DNA of 64,000 nt, from assembly GCA_965197525.1 (NCBI GenBank), contig OZ240211.1, forward strand, positions 928,001 through 992,000, in the 5' to 3' direction. The notes beneath the pieces are model-generated. The model ran no database searches. It was given only the letters and a program-made list of their open reading frames with translations, and was not told the DNA's origin. Positions 1-17,140 of this stretch are shown here, piece after piece (position 1 is the stretch's first letter; every line of letters begins with the position of its first letter). A program made the translations under genes and the position numbers. This DNA comes from Nitrosopumilus sp. Its GTDB lineage: Archaea > Thermoproteota > Nitrososphaeria > Nitrososphaerales > Nitrosopumilaceae.

Positions 1-9
1 GTACACATA

Positions 10-6480
<6,471 letters not shown>

Positions 6481-6596
6481 CGAGCATCAAAACTACGACG
6501 GTGAATCAAACCAAGTACCGTATCATCTGGCAGTTTGCGGAACTTGTATCCGTGGATGGGTATGGCCTGCGATGAAAGTTAATTTTGGCTACTATA

Positions 6597-7679
6597 GAGT
6601 GGCGTCATTAAGTCTTTGCAATTGATTTTCTGAATAGATACCGTTCAATATTTTGATTGAATGTAGCGGTTCTTAGATATTTCATTGCGGCTCGTGCACG
6701 TTCGCTAACATGTTCATGGCGTTCATACATGAAAGGTTGAATTTTTAACTGGTGCCAACATTCTTCAATTGCACTAAATTCAGGACATCCTGTAGGCAAA
6801 TACATTATTCGCAGTCGAGAACTGTTTTCTTTTACAAATTTTTTAAATGTCTTTGTTTTATGTTGGGATGCTGCATCCATGACAATGGCTACCTTGTCAG
6901 ATAGTTCCAATAGTTTTTTGACAAATTTGAGAAATGTCGAACCGTTGAATTTTTTTTTCTGTAAAAAATATTGATGTGAGTCTGATATTGCACCATAAAT
7001 TATACGTCTCCGATGTCTCCAAAATATGCTCTGAATATTTTTTGACCCACCGGAGACCATGGGCCGCGCTTTGTGACATAGTCATGCATCAGTTGTTTCA
7101 TCCTGTATATACATCTCAAAACCGTCCCGTTTTACGCATGAAATCCACCGTTTCAGGGATTTTTGCCACTCTTCCATCTGTTCACTAGATGCCTTGTTTT
7201 TGTGTGCGGAATCCTGGTACCTTTGGAGTAAAGTTATGACGACGCAGTATGTCGCGTATTCCAGATTCGGTGTATTTTACTCCTGTATCTTTTTTTATTT
7301 TATGTACGAGTTGTTTTGGAAAAATACCGTTTTTAACACCTGCAAAAAATTCTGTAATCTTATGATTTACTATTTTTGTCGGGCGTCCGGATCTTGGTTT
7401 TTCATACAATCCTGCAACTCCAAATTCTTTAAATCGCATAACCCAATTTTTAATTGTGTTGTAAGATTTGTAAAACAACTGTGCGATTATTGAAATCGTT
7501 TCGCCTTCCTCTATGACATTTAACACTGCAAGCATCCGTTCTTTTGCTTTTGGGTTTAATTCCCTCTTGTAGACACACATTAATTCCACATTCTGGTTTT
7601 TCACGATGGGCAGTAAATGCTTCAAGCTATAAATGTTTCTAGTGTTTTTGAAAATTGCAAAGACTTTTTGACGTCACTC
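6597..7679 (-). mobile_element. IS630-family element, copy 1 (1083 bp), transposase broken across frames
   Basis: Ends GAGTGGCGTCATTAAGTCTTTGCAATT and (rc) GAGTGACGTCAAAAAGTCTTTGCAATT; TA on both flanks (6595-6596, 7680-7681); HTH ORF 7185-7625 and DDE ORF 6608-7060 (MDAASQH, FSAIEECW). Confidence 0.92.
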
Positions 7680-7704
7680 TAGTATTAAAATTAATCAACT
7701 GTTA

Positions 7705-9067
7705 AACATTGTTTCCTAATTATCACCAACCACGCCTAACTAATCCAAAATCAGATCAGATTAGGCATAGAACAACTGAATTTGAACGTTGTATCAAACA
7801 CTTTCAATAGAAAACGGTATTGAGCAGAGAGGTGCATTATCAATCAGACTAACAATCATGACCAAAAACACATCCTCTCCAGACAAACTAGGCAAGCATG
7901 GTACTAAAAAATCTTCCAGTTCAAACGAATGCAGGCTCCAGTATGATAACCGCAAATACATAGATCGCGGCAAGTTGTTTATGCTTCAGATAAACGAGGA
8001 GCTCATGGTGCAGGGGCTTGAGAAGATGAACTGTGGAAAGGTAGGCCACCCGTTTACATTCTCAAACGCGTGCGTTGCAGCAGCTGTTCTGTTCCGAAAC
8101 GCCACCGGTATCCCATACAGACAGTTGGAGGGTGTGGCAGAGGCAATCGTCGGCAAGGAAAATGCGCCTACATACTCTGCATTTCAGAAAAGGATGACAA
8201 AACTCAACTGTACAATAGATGACAACGGTAGCGGTAACACTGCCGCTGCATGGTTTACAGACGGCAAAACGAGAACCGAGATAAGCCTGTTTGCGTTTGA
8301 TTCAACTGGGCTCAAGCCTACAAACCGCGGCGACTGGATGGCAGAAAAATGGGGAGTGAGGCGCGGATTCATAAAACTGCATGTCGGTGTAGATGCTAAA
8401 ACCAAGAAGATCTATGCAGTGGTCATAACTGACGACAAGTGTGGAGATTCCCCGCAGTTTGAAGAACTAGTGGAACAAGCTTTTGCAAACGCAGAAAAAT
8501 CACCAAACGTGGAGATGTCTGCCGATACCAAGGTTGCAGCCGATGGTGCGTATGATACACGAGATATTTACAACTACTGCAACAAAAACGAGATTAAACC
8601 ACTGATTCCGGTTCGCATTAATTTTGCTGGAAACGCAAACGGATGCATGTCTCGTAAGAAGGCTGGGTTCGAGCAGCTTGGCAGTTTTGAGCATATAGAT
8701 AAAAAGTCAGAACACAAGTTTGCAGATCTTACGCGCAAGGAAAAGAAGGAACGGCAGAATATGTGGCGCAGGGAATCAGGATACAACGACAGGTGGACAG
8801 TAGAGACTGCGTTCTCTACGTTCAAGCGGGTATTAGGGGAGTCTATAATGGCACGAAAATGGGAAAACGTCAAGACGGAGATATACGGAAAGGTGTGTTT
8901 GTACAATCAGATGATCGATACGGCAATTGAGAACGGATACGGCACGCCAAAGATAGTGTATCAGTCTAAAACCCGCCACAAAGACCGCAGTGTAGGAGGA
9001 AAGGCAATGACATAAGCAAAATCACCCAGATGGTGGTCTGTGTTGCATGTAATTAGGAAACAGAGTT
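7705..9067 (+). mobile_element. IS5-family element with intact transposase
   Basis: TIR AACATTGTTTCCTAATTA / rc AACTCTGTTTCCTAATTA; 8-bp TSD AACTGTTA at 7697-7704 and 9068-9075. Confidence 0.9.
7789..9015 (+). CDS. IS5-family DDE transposase (true start may be a downstream ATG)
   Basis: Motifs FDSTGLK, FIKLHVGVD, ADGAYD, RW.VETAFS.FK. Confidence 0.9.
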   Translation: MYQTLSIENGIEQRGALSIRLTIMTKNTSSPDKLGKHGTKKSSSSNECRLQYDNRKYIDRGKLFMLQINEELMVQGLEKMNCGKVGHPFTFSNACVAAAVLFRNATGIPYRQLEGVAEAIVGKENAPTYSAFQKRMTKLNCTIDDNGSGNTAAAWFTDGKTRTEISLFAFDSTGLKPTNRGDWMAEKWGVRRGFIKLHVGVDAKTKKIYAVVITDDKCGDSPQFEELVEQAFANAEKSPNVEMSADTKVAADGAYDTRDIYNYCNKNEIKPLIPVRINFAGNANGCMSRKKAGFEQLGSFEHIDKKSEHKFADLTRKEKKERQNMWRRESGYNDRWTVETAFSTFKRVLGESIMARKWENVKTEIYGKVCLYNQMIDTAIENGYGTPKIVYQSKTRHKDRSVGGKAMT

Positions 9068-9216
9068 AACTGTTAGATTTGAATAAATTATGCATAATCT
9101 AGATTACCCATAATCTCTATTATAATGAATTGCGTGACAATAATGATGCACTATCTTATGATTATGATGTAGTGATTGGTAATTATGAAGAACTACTTGA
9201 TCAGAATAGTGTACTA

Positions 9217-10299
9217 GAGTGACGTCAAAAAGTCTTTGCAATTTTCAAAAACACTAGAAACATTTATAGCTTGAAGCATTTACTGCCCATCGTGAAAAAC
9301 CAGAATGTGGAATTAATGTGTGTCTACAAGAGGGAATTAAACCCAAAAGCAAAAGAACGGATGCTTGCAGTGTTAAATGTCATAGAGGAAGGCGAAACGA
9401 TTTCAATAATCGCACAGTTGTTTTACAAATCTTACAACACAATTAAAAATTTGGTTATGCGATTTAAAGAATTTGGAGTTGCAGGATTGTATGAAAAACC
9501 AAGATCCGGACGCCCGACAAAAATAGTAAATCATAAGATTACAGAATTTTTTGCAGGTGTTAAAAACGGTATTTTTCCAAAACAACTCGTACATAAAATA
9601 AAAAAAGATACAGGAGTAAAATACACCGAATCTGGAATACGTGACATACTGCGTCGTCATAACTTTACTCCAAAGGTACCAGGATTCCGCACACAAAAAC
9701 AAGGCATCTAGTGAACAGATGGAAGAGTGGCAAAAATCCCTGAAACGGTGGATTTCATGCGTAAAACGGGACGGTTTTGAGATGTATATACAGGATGAAA
9801 CAACTGATGCATGACTATGTCACAAAGCGCGGCCCATGGTCTCCGGTGGGTCAAAAAATATTCAGAGCATATTTTGGAGACATCGGAGACGTATAATTTA
9901 TGGTGCAATATCAGACTCACATCAATATTTTTTACAGAAAAAAAAATTCAACGGTTCGACATTTCTCAAATTTGTCAAAAAACTATTGGAACTATCTGAC
10001 AAGGTAGCCATTGTCATGGATGCAGCATCCCAACATAAAACAAAGACATTTAAAAAATTTGTAAAAGAAAACAGTTCTCGACTGCGAATAATGTATTTGC
10101 CTACAGGATGTCCTGAATTTAGTGCAATTGAAGAATGTTGGCACCAGTTAAAAATTCAACCTTTCATGTATGAACGCCATGAACATGTTAGCGAACGTGC
10201 ACGAGCCGCAATGAAATATCTAAGAACCGCTACATTCAATCAAAATATTGAACGGTATCTATTCAGAAAATCAATTGCAAAGACTTAATGACGCCACTC
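9217..10299 (+). mobile_element. IS630-family element, copy 2 (1083 bp), inverted relative to copy 1
   Basis: Near-identical to rc of 6597-7679 (two substitutions noticed); TA flanks 9215-9216 and 10300-10301. Confidence 0.92.
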
Positions 10300-10904
10300 T
10301 ATCAAAAAAGAGACAAGAAAACACATCTTTTACATTATGCATAATTTGTTAATAAATACATGCTTTAAATACATCTAAAATAATAATGGTTTAAAATTAT
10401 GAATATTGATGGACGTTATTTGTTTATTTTTAAAGTTAGGTTTTCGGATATGAAATAATTTGGGCGCCGTTGCATCAATGACAATTACTACAACAATAAT
10501 GAATCCAAACTCAATATCTTGTTCGTGATTTTATAATACATACACTTGTTAGTATCAAAATTGAAAATTATAGTCTTTTATATTTACACAGAGATCATAT
10601 GATGTTAGAAAATTGACAACATGGATTACAAATGTATTTGATATAATCAAAATAAATACATAGAGATGATAATAATCCAATTTATCATCAGATATTGTGT
10701 TAGAGCATTTTGCTGTGTACCATTCATACCTGCTTGTTGAGGCAGATGACATCAATATGCAGACTGCCTTCTTTGGTATCATGCTAAAGATATTTGACAG
10801 TATTAGTACAGAATATCAAGATATTCGTCCTAGATTGTTAATGGGGTCAGAGGTTTTAGTAGGTTAATCACAAATCATACAGCCACCGTCTCATCATACC
10901 CCAA

Positions 10905-11414
10905 CTATTCTACTAGATCAAGTAGTGTCTGTGCTTTATTTCTAATTTCTGGAGTAATATTCACTATAACCAAACCTTGATTTGGCTGACCGTACAAGAG
11001 AACGGCATTTTCAGGCGCATAAATGCATGCTGGAAGTACCAAAAGGTCCTCTTCGCCATTAACACAAAGTCTTACAGGTAATGCAGACGTGGTAAATGCT
11101 GCTTTTATAGCAGATATGCTTTGAGGAGTAATTGTCGCTGCAGGATTATCCACAGTTATCTCCGTTGGACCGTCAAATTTTGGAGGCTCCCGTGCTTTTC
11201 TCTTTTCGTAACCGTCAATGATTTGTAGCGACGGAATTATACCAAATGAAATCAGGTTTTCTGTAGTCCTATCACCAACTGAGATTACATATTGGCTCTC
11301 TGTAAAATGCTCTGTAAAATGTCTCAGAATACTAGATCTATCAACTTGATTACTAGGTAGTAAGACGCCTAGAGGAATCTTCAACTGCTCTCTTAAAGAA
11401 TCAGATATAGTCAC
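10905..11414 (-). CDS. GTP-dependent dephospho-CoA kinase (DUF359 family)
   Basis: VISVGD.TT, IIDG...R, V.NPA.TIT, V.GEEDLL.LP, YGQP..G.V motifs. Confidence 0.85.
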   Translation of the reverse strand: MTISDSLREQLKIPLGVLLPSNQVDRSSILRHFTEHFTESQYVISVGDRTTENLISFGIIPSLQIIDGYEKRKAREPPKFDGPTEITVDNPAATITPQSISAIKAAFTTSALPVRLCVNGEEDLLVLPACIYAPENAVLLYGQPNQGLVIVNITPEIRNKAQTLLDLVE

Positions 11415-11434
11415 AGGAATCCATATTACTTGGG

Positions 11435-12574
11435 TTAGTTAGGAACAGAGGGAGACGGAGGCGAGGAAGAGGCAGAAGACGGAACAGGTTCTTCATCAGA
11501 TGTGTCAGCAGCCATCTCTTCTTGAAGTTTTGCTGCAAGAATACTGCACTGAGCTGCAATATTTTTGGCGCTATTTCTAAAAGCAACAGCGCTTGGCGAA
11601 TCAGCATTTGTAATCATAATCGGTTTACCAATATCAGAACCTTCCATGATTCCAGAGTTTAACGGAATCTCACCTAAGAAGGGCATGCCAAACTGCGCAC
11701 TAATCTTCTTTGCGCCACCCTGACCAAATATGTAATGCTTGTTATTGCAATCAGGACAGATAAAGTGACTCATATTTTCAACAACCCCGATGATTGGAAC
11801 GTTTAGCTTGTCAAACATGGATACAGCCTTGACTGCAACATTACTTGCGACATCCTGCGGAGTTGTGATAACAAGTATTCCGGTAATCGGAATGGTTTGC
11901 GCAAGGGTTAATGGAATATCACCTGTTCCAGGGGGCAAATCAACTATAAGATAATCCAAGTTGGACCAGTTTGTATCAACTAGAAATTGTTTTAAGATTC
12001 CAGATATGATTGGACCACGATAGATGGCTGCTTGGTTTGACTGGTCTGCAAAGAAACCAAACGATACAACTTTGAGACCATCTACATCTGCGGGTTGGAG
12101 TTTGTTGTCATCAACTTCCATAGAACCGTCTGTTAACCCAAGCATCAAAGGAATGCTAGGACCGTAAATATCAGCATCAAGTAAACCAACCTTTGCTCCT
12201 GTCTGTTGTAGTGCCAGAGCAAGATTCAATGAGACGGTAGATTTTCCCACGCCACCTTTGCCGCTTGCAACACCAATGATGTTTTTAACAGATGCCATTC
12301 CAGTATCTTCATCAAGTGAACGACCTTCCATGACTTTGGCAGTAACGTTCATATCAAAATTTTTTAGTTCAGATATTTCACCAATTGCCTTTCTAACATC
12401 GTCCTCAATCTCTACATTAAATGGACATGCAGGAGTTGTCAATTCTAGCGTAAATTTCAGATTATTATCATTGAGCTCTAAATCTTTTATCATTCCCATA
12501 GACACGATATCTTTCTTTAAATCGGGATCAATTACAGTACTGAGTTTTTCTAAGACCTGATCAATTCCAACCAT
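11435..12574 (-). CDS. Mrp/NBP35/ApbC Fe-S cluster carrier ATPase
   Basis: N-terminal MIP18-like domain (IDPDL..DIV, LTTPACP); SGKGGVGKST, DADIYGPS, DLPPGTGD, ENMS.F.CP.C. Confidence 0.93.
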   Translation of the reverse strand: MVGIDQVLEKLSTVIDPDLKKDIVSMGMIKDLELNDNNLKFTLELTTPACPFNVEIEDDVRKAIGEISELKNFDMNVTAKVMEGRSLDEDTGMASVKNIIGVASGKGGVGKSTVSLNLALALQQTGAKVGLLDADIYGPSIPLMLGLTDGSMEVDDNKLQPADVDGLKVVSFGFFADQSNQAAIYRGPIISGILKQFLVDTNWSNLDYLIVDLPPGTGDIPLTLAQTIPITGILVITTPQDVASNVAVKAVSMFDKLNVPIIGVVENMSHFICPDCNNKHYIFGQGGAKKISAQFGMPFLGEIPLNSGIMEGSDIGKPIMITNADSPSAVAFRNSAKNIAAQCSILAAKLQEEMAADTSDEEPVPSSASSSPPSPSVPN

Positions 12575-12717
12575 TGCGTCAAAAAGTCAGTACGCTTTAT
12601 TTAAACATAAGTTAGATAGTGGAAAACCATCTTTTTTGAGAAAAAAATGATATTTTCAAGCATTAAAGCTAAAATTACCCAAAGATTCATAAATTCAAAT
12701 TCAAGGAAAACGTATAG

Positions 12718-13344
12718 TTGTTTTCTATATCTACCCTAGTTGATGTTGTAAGAATCCCTCCAAGCCTGTTTGGAACTACACTCAAAAAAGCGGCTGTAAA
12801 TATTCTCAAAGAAAAGTATGAAAGTATGATAAATGCAGAGCTGGGATACATAATTATGATTTTAGATGCCAAAGTAAACGAGATGGGAAAGATGGTTGCA
12901 GGTGACGGAGGAACGTTTCATAAGGTTGAGTTTGAGGCATTAACATTTTATCCAAAGTTACAAGAGATCGTTCAAGGAGAGATTGTAGACGTTACAGACT
13001 TTGGAGCATTTGTAAGAATTGGACCTACTGATGCATTATTACACTTGTCACAAGTTATGGATGATTACCTAAAGAGTGATGTAAAATCGGGAATGATTTT
13101 GGCCAATCAAAGCGGCAGAACACTCAAAGTTGGTTCTACACTCCGTGCAAGAATTACGGCAGTTTCGCTAGGAAAAGCTGCCGCAATGGGAAAGATTGGA
13201 ATCACATGCAGACAGCCATTTTTAGGAGCAGGCGAATGGATTAAAGAAGAGATAGAGAAAGCAGGCGGAAGTGGCGATGGTAGTGGTAATAAGGATAATA
13301 GTTCAGAACAATCAACTAAAAAAGACAAAGGAGATGCAGGGTAA
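12718..13344 (+). CDS. rpoE1: RNA polymerase subunit E' (Rpo7)
   Basis: V.IPP..FG, GDG...H.V.F, S1 domain FGAFVRIGP.DALLH.SQ; followed by spt4. Confidence 0.95.
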   Translation: MFSISTLVDVVRIPPSLFGTTLKKAAVNILKEKYESMINAELGYIIMILDAKVNEMGKMVAGDGGTFHKVEFEALTFYPKLQEIVQGEIVDVTDFGAFVRIGPTDALLHLSQVMDDYLKSDVKSGMILANQSGRTLKVGSTLRARITAVSLGKAAAMGKIGITCRQPFLGAGEWIKEEIEKAGGSGDGSGNKDNSSEQSTKKDKGDAG

Positions 13345-13533
13345 ATGGCACGAGAGATGGCATGCCGTAAATGTAAATTTGTGACAGCTGGAAAGGTATG
13401 TCCGGTTTGCAAATCATCTGATTTGACGCCAGATTGGAATGGGATTGTACTAGTAGTTGACCCAACAAATTCAGAGATCTCAAAGACGTTAGGCATCACA
13501 AAAAAAGGCAAGTATGCAATCAAGGTAACATAA
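13345..13533 (+). CDS. spt4: Transcription elongation factor Spt4
   Basis: ACRKC, CPVC, W.G, KKGKYAIKV. Confidence 0.95.
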   Translation: MAREMACRKCKFVTAGKVCPVCKSSDLTPDWNGIVLVVDPTNSEISKTLGITKKGKYAIKVT

Positions 13534-13575
13534 AAAAAAATATTTTAATCAAAGTTACACAAGTGTACTAACATT

Positions 13576-14394
13576 ATGAAAGAATTTAATTCAAAAAAAC
13601 AGTTACAAAAGTTTCTTGCAGAAGACATAGGAAGAGGCGACATTACGAGTGCGCTTTTAACGAAGAGAGAGACATCCGCTAGAATTATCTCAAGGGAAGA
13701 TGCAGTGATAGCAGGAGTCTCCTTTGTCAAAGAAATATTCGAATTAAATAGATGCAAGGTGCGTATTTTAAAAAAAGATGGTTCCAAAATAGAATCAGAC
13801 CAGACAATAATGACTATTTCAGGTAATGCAAAAAACATACTAGAATGCGAGAGAACCGCATTAAACCTATTGACAAGAATGAGCGGGATTGCAACACTGA
13901 CGAACCGTTTGGTAAAAAAAATTCCAAAGACAACAAAGCTGTATGCTACAAGAAAGACAGCTCCCGGATTGAGATACTTTGATAAAAGAGCAGTAGAGAT
14001 AGGAGGAGGAAACAGGCATAGACTTCGATTAGACGAGATGGTAATGATAAAAGACAATCATATTGCAGTAGAGGGATCCATGATAGCGTTAATTGAAAAA
14101 GCAAAAAAACGATACAAAAAATTCGAGGTAGAGGTAGAGAGTATCACAGATGCCGTTGCTGCAGCACAGAGAGGTGCAACAGTTATTATGCTAGATAATT
14201 TTTCGCCTGCACGAATTAAAAAGACGATAAAGATTCTCAAAGAACAGAAACTACGAAACAAAGTAATGCTTGAAGCTTCAGGAGGAATCAACTATAAGAA
14301 TATCTCCAGATATGCACAAACAAAAGTGGACATAATCTCAGTTGGGAGTATTACAAATTCCGTAAAAGGAATTGATATGAGTTTGGAGATCTAA
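13576..14394 (+). CDS. nadC: Nicotinate-nucleotide pyrophosphorylase
   Basis: ED.G.GDIT, ER.ALN, TRKT.PGLR, HR..L, IKDNH, EVEV, MLDNF, EASGGI. Confidence 0.96.
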   Translation: MKEFNSKKQLQKFLAEDIGRGDITSALLTKRETSARIISREDAVIAGVSFVKEIFELNRCKVRILKKDGSKIESDQTIMTISGNAKNILECERTALNLLTRMSGIATLTNRLVKKIPKTTKLYATRKTAPGLRYFDKRAVEIGGGNRHRLRLDEMVMIKDNHIAVEGSMIALIEKAKKRYKKFEVEVESITDAVAAAQRGATVIMLDNFSPARIKKTIKILKEQKLRNKVMLEASGGINYKNISRYAQTKVDIISVGSITNSVKGIDMSLEI

Positions 14395-14783
14395 GTGTCC
14401 AGTTCTGCCAACAAGGCAAGAACTGCCTTATTTTTAGGATCAATCTCTTGAATTTTTTTACAGCATTTGACAGCTTTGCTGTTCTCAGATAACTTTTGAT
14501 GGGCATACGCCTTTAGCAACAATACATCAATGTCGTAAGACCCGATTGCAAGTGCTTTATCAAAATAAGAGATTGCGGTTCTGTACTGGTTTTTCATATA
14601 GTATATGCCGCCTACGGTAAACAAGACGTCATGATTGTTAGGAACTTTTTGTAGATATGCTGTGCCTAATTTCAAGGCCTCTGGATATTGTTTCTTCCGG
14701 ACTAGTCTTTTCACCTCTTTTAGTGTTTTGATGTTCTTCTTTAGTTGAGGATCTTTAGGGGATCTAGAGAATAATCCAGTCAT
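14391..14783 (-). CDS. Short TPR-repeat protein
   Basis: A..YFDKAL, A..CC.K..EIDP.N helical repeat patterns. Confidence 0.75.
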   Translation of the reverse strand: MTGLFSRSPKDPQLKKNIKTLKEVKRLVRKKQYPEALKLGTAYLQKVPNNHDVLFTVGGIYYMKNQYRTAISYFDKALAIGSYDIDVLLLKAYAHQKLSENSKAVKCCKKIQEIDPKNKAVLALLAELDT

Positions 14784-14801
14784 ATCTACAAAACACGGTA
14801 A

Positions 14802-15782
14802 TTAACTAATGGCAAGCATTCTGTCAATTGCCAGACGGGCCTTAGATGCAATCTCTTTAGGAACAGTAACTATATTTTTTTCATTGACTAGTGTATCATA
14901 TACCTTCTCCAATGTGATCATCTTCATGTACTGGCATTCTGCCTTATCTGATGCAGGAACAAATGTTTTGGTAGGATTTTGTTGTCTCATCTTGTAGAGT
15001 ATTCCAGTTTCAGTAGCAACGACAAAACGAGAAGATTTTGACTGACTGACATGATTAAGCATGCCTTCAGTTGAGAGAATTGATACTTTGTGATTATCAA
15101 AACTGCCGTCTGCTACATCGTACATCAGTGGCGTGGTACAACTGCATTCAGGATGAATAACGAATTCGGTATCGCGCATTTCATCCAATTTTTTAGTCAC
15201 GTCTTCAGGAGTGATCCCTGCATGAACATGGCATTCACCTGCCCAAATGTGCATGTTTTTTCTGCCAGTCATCTTTGCAACATATGCACCAAGAAACATG
15301 TCAGGCAAAAACAAGATCTCTTTGTTCTCTGGAATTGCTTTGATGACATTTACGGCATTTGATGAAGTACAACAATAGTCGAGTTCTGCTTTGATCTCTG
15401 CTGTAGTGTTAACATAGCCTACTGATATGGCATCAGGATGCTGCGCTTTCCAATTTCGTAACTCGCCTACTGTAATTGAGTCAGATAGTGAACATCCCGC
15501 ATCTAGATCAGGCAGTAACACCTTTTTCTCAGGACTGATTATAGCAGCAGTCTCTGCCATGAAATTTACACCACAAAATAAGATTGTCTTTTGACTCACA
15601 GTAGCTGCCTGTCTTGATAGACCTAGAGAATCACCTGTAAAATCAGCGATATCTTGAACATCGGGAATCTGATAGTTGTGTGCCAAGATTACCACATCTT
15701 TCTCTTTTTTAAGTCGCATGATCTCGTCTTTGAGGTTTAATGGCGATGAGGATGAAGGTGGTGGTTGTACTAGCATAAGCAA
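14802..15782 (-). CDS. nadA: Quinolinate synthase
   Basis: ILAHNYQ, GDSL.LS, FCGV.FMAE, AGCSL, C.VH, C.YMK. Confidence 0.96.
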   Translation of the reverse strand: MLMLVQPPPSSSSPLNLKDEIMRLKKEKDVVILAHNYQIPDVQDIADFTGDSLGLSRQAATVSQKTILFCGVNFMAETAAIISPEKKVLLPDLDAGCSLSDSITVGELRNWKAQHPDAISVGYVNTTAEIKAELDYCCTSSNAVNVIKAIPENKEILFLPDMFLGAYVAKMTGRKNMHIWAGECHVHAGITPEDVTKKLDEMRDTEFVIHPECSCTTPLMYDVADGSFDNHKVSILSTEGMLNHVSQSKSSRFVVATETGILYKMRQQNPTKTFVPASDKAECQYMKMITLEKVYDTLVNEKNIVTVPKEIASKARLAIDRMLAIS

Positions 15783-15944
15783 TAAAAAATTGCGTTTGTG
15801 GGAATTTAAAGAGTAGGAAATTGTCTAAAAATATCTAAAAATCATGTAAATGTGGCAATTATTGCCATTTACGGTTCTGTGAAGTTATCGGGGGTTATCT
15901 GTCAATCCCTAAAATGTATAAACCTCTAAACCGTAAGATATTCG

Positions 15945-17138
15945 TTGAGAGCGATAAAGTCAATATCACAGAAATATACGCCAAACTCTGATCTAATGGA
16001 TATGATGGCTATATTCACAAAGATGGTCAATCATTGCATCAAGACAGGATTGAAAGAAGACACTCACAATATGAAGAGGTTGTCCATGTTATGTTATCAT
16101 GAATTACGTAATTATGACATCCTGTCTTCATACAAACTAAATGCAATATCACGAGCTGCAGGCATATTATCAAACAGAAAACAATCAATCAAACGAGGTG
16201 TCAGAATAAGAGACCCAATAGTCAAAAATCCCTTTATGACAAACTGTTACGGTATACAACACAGCGGTGCACTATTAACAATCCCATACAAGAAACATAA
16301 CCCAATCAACATTTTACTCAACGTTCACACCCAAAAAATCCTATCTGATCCCGCCTTGACGGTGCGCTCGTTTTCATTGACTGCTCTGAACATCAGTCTT
16401 TGTGTTTCAAAAACAGTACAAGAGATAGAGTGCACCAATCAAGTGGGAATAGACAGAAACCTAAGAAATGTGACGTGTGGGAACAAGCAAGAGGTGACAG
16501 TCTACAAGACAAACAAACTGTTATCCATAAAGGAGAACACAATACACGCTAGGGCAGGATTCCACAGAAATGATCGCAGAAAGAAAGGTCAATTCTGGAA
16601 ACAAAGACAGAGACGAATGAGCAATAGAACAAAGCAGTACATCCACAGAATCTCAAAGGATATGGTATACAACGCAGTCAAAAACAAGACTGCAATCGTC
16701 ATGGAAAACCTGAAAGGAATAAGAAAATTGTACCGAAAAGGAAACAGTCAAGGTAACAAGTACAGGCGTAGATTGAACGGGTGGCAATTCTACGAGTTAC
16801 AACGCCAAATAGAATACAAAGCCCAATGGGTAGGGCTGCCTCCAGTCAAGACAGTAGACCCAGGAAACACGAGCACGCAGTGTCCACGATGCGGAAAGAG
16901 ACTCCAAGAGGACATGCAACAACATCGTAAAATGTCGTGTAATAATTGCGGTTTGTTTATGGACAGGGATATTATTGCTGCCATGAACATATCACGCAAG
17001 CTGCCCCCTAGGTTTAGGGGTAGTAGAGATGACATAGATGAAGCGCAGTCCGGCACTTTTGAGCAGGCGATGACGGAACCCGGCACACCATTGGTAATCC
17101 GAATAGTCGATATGTCAAAGTCAAGTTATAGGGGTTAA
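15945..17138 (+). CDS. tnpB: TnpB RNA-guided nuclease, RuvC catalytic motifs intact
   Basis: RuvC-I GIDRN, RuvC-II IVMENL, Zn finger CPRCG..CNNCG, RuvC-III DRD..AA.NI. Confidence 0.93.
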   Translation: MRAIKSISQKYTPNSDLMDMMAIFTKMVNHCIKTGLKEDTHNMKRLSMLCYHELRNYDILSSYKLNAISRAAGILSNRKQSIKRGVRIRDPIVKNPFMTNCYGIQHSGALLTIPYKKHNPINILLNVHTQKILSDPALTVRSFSLTALNISLCVSKTVQEIECTNQVGIDRNLRNVTCGNKQEVTVYKTNKLLSIKENTIHARAGFHRNDRRKKGQFWKQRQRRMSNRTKQYIHRISKDMVYNAVKNKTAIVMENLKGIRKLYRKGNSQGNKYRRRLNGWQFYELQRQIEYKAQWVGLPPVKTVDPGNTSTQCPRCGKRLQEDMQQHRKMSCNNCGLFMDRDIIAAMNISRKLPPRFRGSRDDIDEAQSGTFEQAMTEPGTPLVIRIVDMSKSSYRG

Positions 17139-17140
17139 CT
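16985..17140 (+). ncRNA. Predicted omegaRNA overlapping the tnpB 3' end (boundaries approximate)
   Basis: By analogy to characterised TnpBs; hairpin CCCCTA-GGTT-TAGGGG (17005-17020); similarity to the second tnpB element breaks down just after GTCGATATGTCAAAGTC (17106-17122). Confidence 0.45.

Noticed and set aside
6597-10299. Composite transposon made of two IS630 copies carrying IS5
   Set aside because: Each element has its own target duplication and the cargo is only about 160 bp of host DNA; independent insertion is simpler. A TA duplication cannot formally exclude joint movement.
10555-10782. 75-aa ORF in the AT-rich gap after the IS cluster
   Set aside because: No recognisable motif; the region looks like decayed DNA.
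15873-15945. Canonical IS200/IS605 left end or a tnpA gene beside either tnpB
   Set aside because: No Y1 or serine transposase ORF and no convincing left-end hairpin in the 72-86 bp between TIR and start codon.
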